The notes beneath the pieces were generated by a model. It was not told the DNA's origin. It searched no databases and worked only from the letters and a program-made list of their open reading frames with translations. A program made the translations under genes and the position numbers. A stretch of 41,591 nt of DNA from Octopus bimaculoides (lineage: Eukaryota): positions 158,493,121 to 158,534,711 of the forward strand of contig NC_068983.1 of NCBI RefSeq assembly GCF_001194135.2, in the 5' to 3' direction. Positions 36,160 to 41,591 of the stretch are shown one piece after another. The stretch's first letter is position 1, and each line of letters starts with the position of its first letter.

Positions 36160-36218
36160 TTGACAACACGCACTGTTATGCACAAAATGATAGCTTCCGA
36201 ATCCTGTTTTCTGGCTGG
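36160..36218 (+). CDS. Candidate exon (DNTHCYAQNDSFRILFSGW)
   Basis: Acceptor tttcatttgtttacag, weaker donor gtgaaa; the phase-1 start matches the end of 31834. Confidence 0.2.
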
Positions 36219-36619
36219 GTGAAAACTATCAAACTTTAAACCTCTATAATTTTTTAAAAAAATTTTCTTCNNNNNNNNNNNNNNNNNNNNNNNNNNNNNN
36301 NNNNNNNNNNNNNNNNNNNNNNNNNNNNNNNNNNNNNNNNNNNNNNNNNNNNNNNNNNNNNNNNNNNNNNNNNNNNNNNNNNNNNNNNNNNNNNNNNNNN
36401 NNNNNNNNNNNNNNNNNNNNNNNNNNNNNNNNNNNNNNNNNNNNNNNNNNNNNNNNNNNNNNNNNNNNNNNNNNNNNNNNNNNNNNNNNNNNNNNNNNNN
36501 NNNNNNNNNNNNNNNNNNNNNNNNNNNNNNNNNNNNNNNNNNNNNNNNNNNNNNNNNNNNNNNNNNNNNNNNNNNNNNNNNNNNNNNNNNNNNNNNNNNN
36601 NNNNNNNNNNNNNNNNNNG

Positions 36620-36879
36620 AAGCCCGTCGTATATATGTATATATATATATATGTATGTGTGTATGTGTTTGTGTGTCTGTGTTTGTCCCCCCAACATCGC
36701 TTGACAACCGATGCTGGTGTGTTTATGTCCCCGTAACTTAGCGGTTCGGCAATAGAGACCGATAGAATAAGTACTAGGCTTCTAAAAGAATAAGTCCTGG
36801 GGTCGATTTGCTCGACTAAAGACGGTGCTCCAGCATGGCCACAGTCAAAAGACTGAAACAAGTAAAAGAGTAAAAGAGT
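36620..36879 (+). mobile_element. SINE family B, 3' two-thirds (little diverged)
   Basis: agcccgtcgtata...gtttgtccccccaacatcgc...gactgaaacaagtaaaagagtaaaagag tail. Confidence 0.88.
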
Positions 36880-38009
36880 ATTATTTGAATCATGTCAAAG
36901 AGAAGTTTGCTTTTGATTAGATTTTACAAAAGTTGAACGAGTGCTATTAATCACATGACTAAGATCAGTTAACCGAAACCGAACCAACATACTACATACA
37001 GAGCATTGTTTAGAAGAGAAGTAATAACGTTTCGGTAGTATGAATCCTGAATACTTTTCCATTGTGTAGATTACAATTCCTTTCCAGACATATTAGTCGA
37101 AATGCATGGCTGGTTAGCAGTAATGCCAAAATGCTATAGTTTCTTCCGGCTCTTGTTAAAATATCCTTGCATCTTGTTCTCATTGTCAAACTTTCATACT
37201 TCTTGGGAATTCCTAAAGAGAGCGAGTTTTCATTTGATCCGGATAAAAAAATAACAAACCAAATAACGTCTGGGATGTTAATGCATAAACAGAATAGATA
37301 AATATATTCTGGAAAGTTATCCCTCTTGCAGAAATAAAAAAGAATTATTTTGTAGCACTAAAAATCTGATTCAACAAGCAAGGAGAGAAGCGTTTTGATG
37401 TAGGAAATTTATACCTATTATTGATCATGAATTAGAACCATCTAAAGGATTGCTTAAAGATAACATTCGTCACTTTTATGCAATATACAATATCTTCCAG
37501 TGATAAACGAATGTTCCTCATTAATATTTGTGAGCAGCTATTAAGTAACTTTTGATGAGGATCTATTTCTGAAAATTTATTGTCTCATTTATTTAGAAAC
37601 TATTACTGAAAGAAAACAACCTCATTTGAAAAAAGAAGAAGAAGAAAAAGGGTGGGTGCGGAGTTTAAAATAACGCAAAAAAAAAAAAGACAGTTGCTTG
37701 AAAGAAATGTTAGACAATTTTGGTTTTTGTAAGTTCCTAGTGTAATAAATGAAAGAGAAAAAAAAATTCTAATTCCTTACAACTTTTCTTTTGTCTTATT
37801 GTACCTTTTTATTTTCTAATTTTCAAATTTCCTTTTCGATGACAATATCGAGAAAGGAAGAATTGGTGACTGGTCGTCATGAAAGGGATTTTATTCAAGC
37901 AGTGGACGATCGAAATTCAAACCGCGACGGAACTGGTTCGATGTCCGTTTACCTCAAAACTATTAGGCACGTACCCAAGGGTTGTCCGAGTGAAGCCGAC
38001 TCTGGAAAA

Positions 38010-38283
38010 TCTATATATATATGAAAGAGACATTCTGTCCATTTGTGTGTTTGTTCGTTTGTTTGTCTCCAGAATGAAAGTAAATGGTTCAAGAGAAGCT
38101 ATTTGCTCTTTCTATATCTCCTATTATGCTATTGCCTGATTTGTCTCAACAAAAATTATGCAATGGTACAACACTAATTGTGAACAAACCTATGAAGAAC
38201 TGCATTGAGGCAAATATTCTCACTGGTTGTAGTAGAGGTGACACCGTCTTCGTTCCTCGCATACCAGTTATTCCACTTTCTAG
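38010..38283 (+). mobile_element. Helitron relic: 5' end plus PIF1 helicase fragment
   Basis: A|TCTATATATAT start; 38120-38275 translates PIMLLPDLSQQKLCNGTTLIVNKPMKNCIEANILTGCSRGDTVFVPRIPVIP (consensus PIMLLRNL...LCNGTRL......IEA.ILTG...G..VFIPRIP). Confidence 0.8.
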
Positions 38284-38504
38284 AGAAATTACATCTTTTC
38301 TTTGATAGCATATTTTTTTCAGGATTGTAAACCAAAAATTATGAACATAGTAATCTCAATTATTGAAAGCAGTTGTATGTATGTGTTATATAATTGCCAT
38401 TACTGTATTAATAAATAAAATAATACATACAACTCATTTATTATTGTCATAATAATGGGTGTGTGTGTTTTTGTCTTTTTATCTATTTTTTTATCTAAGT
38501 TGAA

Positions 38505-38750
38505 ATATTGGTTTCAAATTTTGGCACGAGGCCAGAAATTTCGGGGAGAGGGTAAGTCAATTGCATCAACCTCATCTCAACTGGAACTTATTTATCGATC
38601 CCGAAAGGTTGAAAAGCAAAGTCGATCGCGGCGGAATTTGAACATAAAGGGCCAGTATGCGTAACGTTATTTTGGAGGCGAGCTGGCAAAATCGTTTGCA
38701 CGCCGGCCAAAAAATGCTCAGCGTCCTTTCTACCTTGAGCCAAGATTTGA
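38505..38750. mobile_element. Divergent SINE family C fragments (38505-38650 minus, 38675-38750 plus)
   Basis: Family C tail and body on the minus strand, then head ggaggcgagctggcaaaatcg on the plus strand. Confidence 0.6.
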
Positions 38751-39176
38751 AACCAATATGAATAACGTCATTGTTTACGAGTATCTATCCTTCACAACCA
38801 CCTTAATATACTATGATATGAATTCTGAAATTATTCATTTTTCATCATGGTCTTTGCTAAAACGATTTACATGAATAGATAGTTGCGTTGTATTTGCGAT
38901 ATTTATTTTTTATTTCATGTAAGAGTTCGTGCGTCAATGTGTTTATACATATGTGCACGATATCTATGCATCTACATACATGTATGCATAATATATTATT
39001 TTTGTTGTTTAAGTGCTTCCAATCATGAAAGATGATGGGACACCGTACTCAACAAATTTAAGTCGGTTAGTACCACAAGATATTTTCATTCGACGTACCG
39101 AATTCTTTCCCCACTTAATTGGGGGGAAAAACTTTTTCCCATTTTTTCCTCGATGCATTTAATGTGTTCTCCCATA

Positions 39177-39177
<1 letters not shown>

Positions 39178-39255
<78 letters not shown>
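39178..39255. repeat. (TG)n microsatellite
   Basis: Direct read. Confidence 0.95.
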
Positions 39256-39260
<5 letters not shown>

Positions 39261-39478
39261 CACATAGACACACGCATGTTTATACATATTCCGTATAGCT
39301 TTTGCGTATTAAATTTCATTCATAATGCTTTAGCTGATATGCGGTTATGGTATCGACACTTGATCAAGCTGCCATGCAGTGGAACTGATCTCTGGATCAA
39401 GTAGTTAGGAAGCGAGCTTCTTAATCACACAGCAATGCTGATACCATTCTATTCACAGTCGCATTCATTTACGCACAC

Positions 39479-39639
39479 AGGGTATCTAAGAGATACCGCC
39501 ACGCTGAAAATAACAGTCAAATCTTGACTCTAAACCACAATAAATGTTCATATAACACAAAGAGCGATGAACATTTATTGTGGTTTAGAGTCAAGATTTG
39601 ACTGTTATTTTCAGCATGGCGGTATCTCTTAGATACCCT
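39479..39639. mobile_element. 161-bp fold-back element (MITE-like hairpin)
   Basis: 73-bp arms 39479-39551 and 39567-39639 with one mismatch; 15-nt spacer. Confidence 0.8.
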
Positions 39640-40289
39640 ATATTATAATTTTAAATAATTGTTACCTTTGATGGTTTTTATTCCCATGCTGGCCACTTGA
39701 TAAAATCAATATTTTAAATATCGATCTTATCCTTACTTATATCTATCTATCTATCTATCTATCTCTCTCTCTATTATTTTTTGTCTGTCTGTTTGTCTAT
39801 CTATCCCCACATACATATACGCGAACTCACAAATGTAAAACGTTACTATACACCATTTCAGTATTTTATTTGGAGAAGCAATTAATAAAGTTTTATGTAT
39901 TTATTTATAAACATGTACTTAATTGACTTTTTTTTATCGTAGATATTAATGTCTTCCCCGTTTGAGGCCTAAAATGACTAACTTTTGAAACAGTCTCTTC
40001 TGAAATTGTTGCACCGGATGCACACACAACAAGTTAAACAACTCTGCCTTTGATATTGTTTTTCTGGATTTGGTTCGCGAAACGCAAATATAATTCATAT
40101 CATGAGACTAACTTGAAGAAAGTAGTCTCATGATACCAATTTGTGTCCTGCAGTTCTTTGTTTTTTTTTTAACAGAGAGAGGTTTGCCAAGAACAAAGAA
40201 TTGCTCCTGTAATCTGATTTATGGAGGAATTAGAATTTATTTCTAAAGAGTGAAAGTGTATTTTAAAATGTAATAATTCTTTCTGCTAT

Positions 40290-40475
40290 TGGAACAAGGA
40301 CTGAAATTTTTGGGGAGACGTCTAGTCGAATTCGTCGACCCCAGTGTCCACCTGGTACTTATTTTATCGACTCTGAAAGGATAAAAAATCAAAGTCGACT
40401 TCTGTGGAATTTGAGCTCAGAAGGAAAATCCGGACGAAATGCTGCTAAGCTTTTTGTCCGACATGCTAACAATTT
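40290..40475 (-). mobile_element. SINE family C, degenerate
   Basis: gaccccagtg...ctggtacttattttatcgac...aaagtcgac...ggaatttgagctcagaa. Confidence 0.7.
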
Positions 40476-40642
40476 TGAAATGTAATAATGCCACAAATTC
40501 TGGCTGCAGAATGGGAGAATTCCCAAATCTGTGAGTCAGGAAAGACTCGAGCAAGGGGGAGATCATTAATAATTTTCGACATCTTTCTTCACTAAATATT
40601 TATTTGTACATAGTTCACAAAACACTTTTTATTCTGTACATA

Positions 40643-40842
40643 AGGCGGCCAACTGACGGAATCGTTAACACATCGGGTCAAATGCTTAGCGGCATTTCTT
40701 CCATCTCTCTACATTCTAAGTTCAAATCTCGCCAAAGTTGACTTTGCTCTTCACCCTTCAGAATCGACAAAATAAAGTACTAGTCAAGAACTATGGTCAA
40801 GGTAATCGACTTATTCCCTCCCCTCAAAATTACTGGCTGTGA
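40643..40842 (+). mobile_element. SINE family C, degenerate
   Basis: aggcggccaactgacggaatcgttaacac...atgcttagcggcattt...aagttcaaat. Confidence 0.7.
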
Positions 40843-41019
40843 AACTTGCGACGGACCAGCATCCCTTTCAGGAGCAATGTTGTAATTTCGGTCAATTTAT
40901 ATGCATTGGAAACATGGTAACCAGCCTTATGAATCCTAGTGCTCAATAAAAGTTTTAGAGGATAAGTATATTTTACTCCCACTGTTTTCAATCATGGACT
41001 GCGGTTATATGATAAAGGA

Positions 41020-41230
41020 TAATGGGTAAAGACCCCACCACCTTCGGTCATGAATGACCATGGGATTGCACCTAGAAAATTCCCCTCCGAGGAATAAGTC
41101 CGGGGAAGGTTATATATGGAAAACCAGCAGTCGCTCATACATACCAGCTTCCACTCTCTACGTCACTGATGTTATCCAAAAGAAAGGCAAAGGCCGATAC
41201 AGCTTGGCACCAATGACGTCGCAACTATTC
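41020..41230. mobile_element. Body/tail of another abundant SINE-like repeat
   Basis: Recognised from memory as a common octopus repeat (ttcggtcatgaatgaccatgggattgcacctagaaa...gatacagcttggcacc); there is no second copy in the window to confirm it. Confidence 0.45.
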
Positions 41231-41591
41231 CTATTGCTAAGTGAACAGAATGGAATAAGTGAAGTAAGAACACACACGAAAACGAAAAGTATCGCTGAAG
41301 AGATCACAGATGTGTGACGAAAGATTTCCGAAACAATGGACATGTGTTAGAATAATAAGATAAGAACAGTAATAAACGAGTGGAGAAAAAAATATACAGT
41401 GAGGGAGTTTATTTACGGACATGATATTCGTACATCATAGACGTGTGTGTGTGGATGGATAGATTTCGATCGCATAATCGCGGCAAAAATGAACTCGGTG
41501 TTATAGAGCAAGGATGTATGGCAAATTTTCAGGTTAATGTTTACATCTTGACCTGGAAATGAGAAGCCAAATATATATATATATATATATA

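Noticed and set aside
37025-37060. Minus-strand GAAACGUUA palindromic stem III-like motif
   Set aside because: No upstream CUGANGA.
37850-37990. Possible mariner first-D region (RI.VTG..E..WIL with frameshifts)
   Set aside because: It needs several frameshifts, and no TIRs were identified.

Overview
This is AT-rich, repeat-saturated eukaryotic genomic DNA from a gapped assembly with about 11 N-blocks. The tRNA-derived SINE families and the dense TA/CA/TACA/GATA microsatellites look like an octopus (coleoid cephalopod) genome; that is recognition from memory, not a database result. Almost all ORFs in the supplied track are microsatellite or N artefacts. The window contains: (i) about 20 SINE copies of four families, three with clean target-site duplications (TSDs); (ii) DNA-transposon relics, namely two hAT MITEs, a Tc1 element with IR/DR ends, a Merlin/IS1016-like element with ~145-bp TIRs and two Helitron helicase fragments; (iii) LINE fragments (CR1/L2-like, Tx1/L1-like) and Penelope-like (PLE) pieces; (iv) a chain of small, phase-compatible candidate exons of an unidentified + strand host gene (about 18.9-36.2 kb). 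The most striking unexplained signal is a set of hammerhead-ribozyme (HHR) motifs from several unrelated sequence families. Two lie in a nested inverted repeat at 8.7-9.4 kb. One is a well-formed type I HHR at 26.0 kb with a single core G8-to-A change. One is a PLE-type motif at 32.6 kb, one is a SINE-truncated remnant at 12.7 kb, and three related repeats carry the core motifs in permuted order. A near-perfect 73-bp-arm hairpin lies at 39.5 kb.
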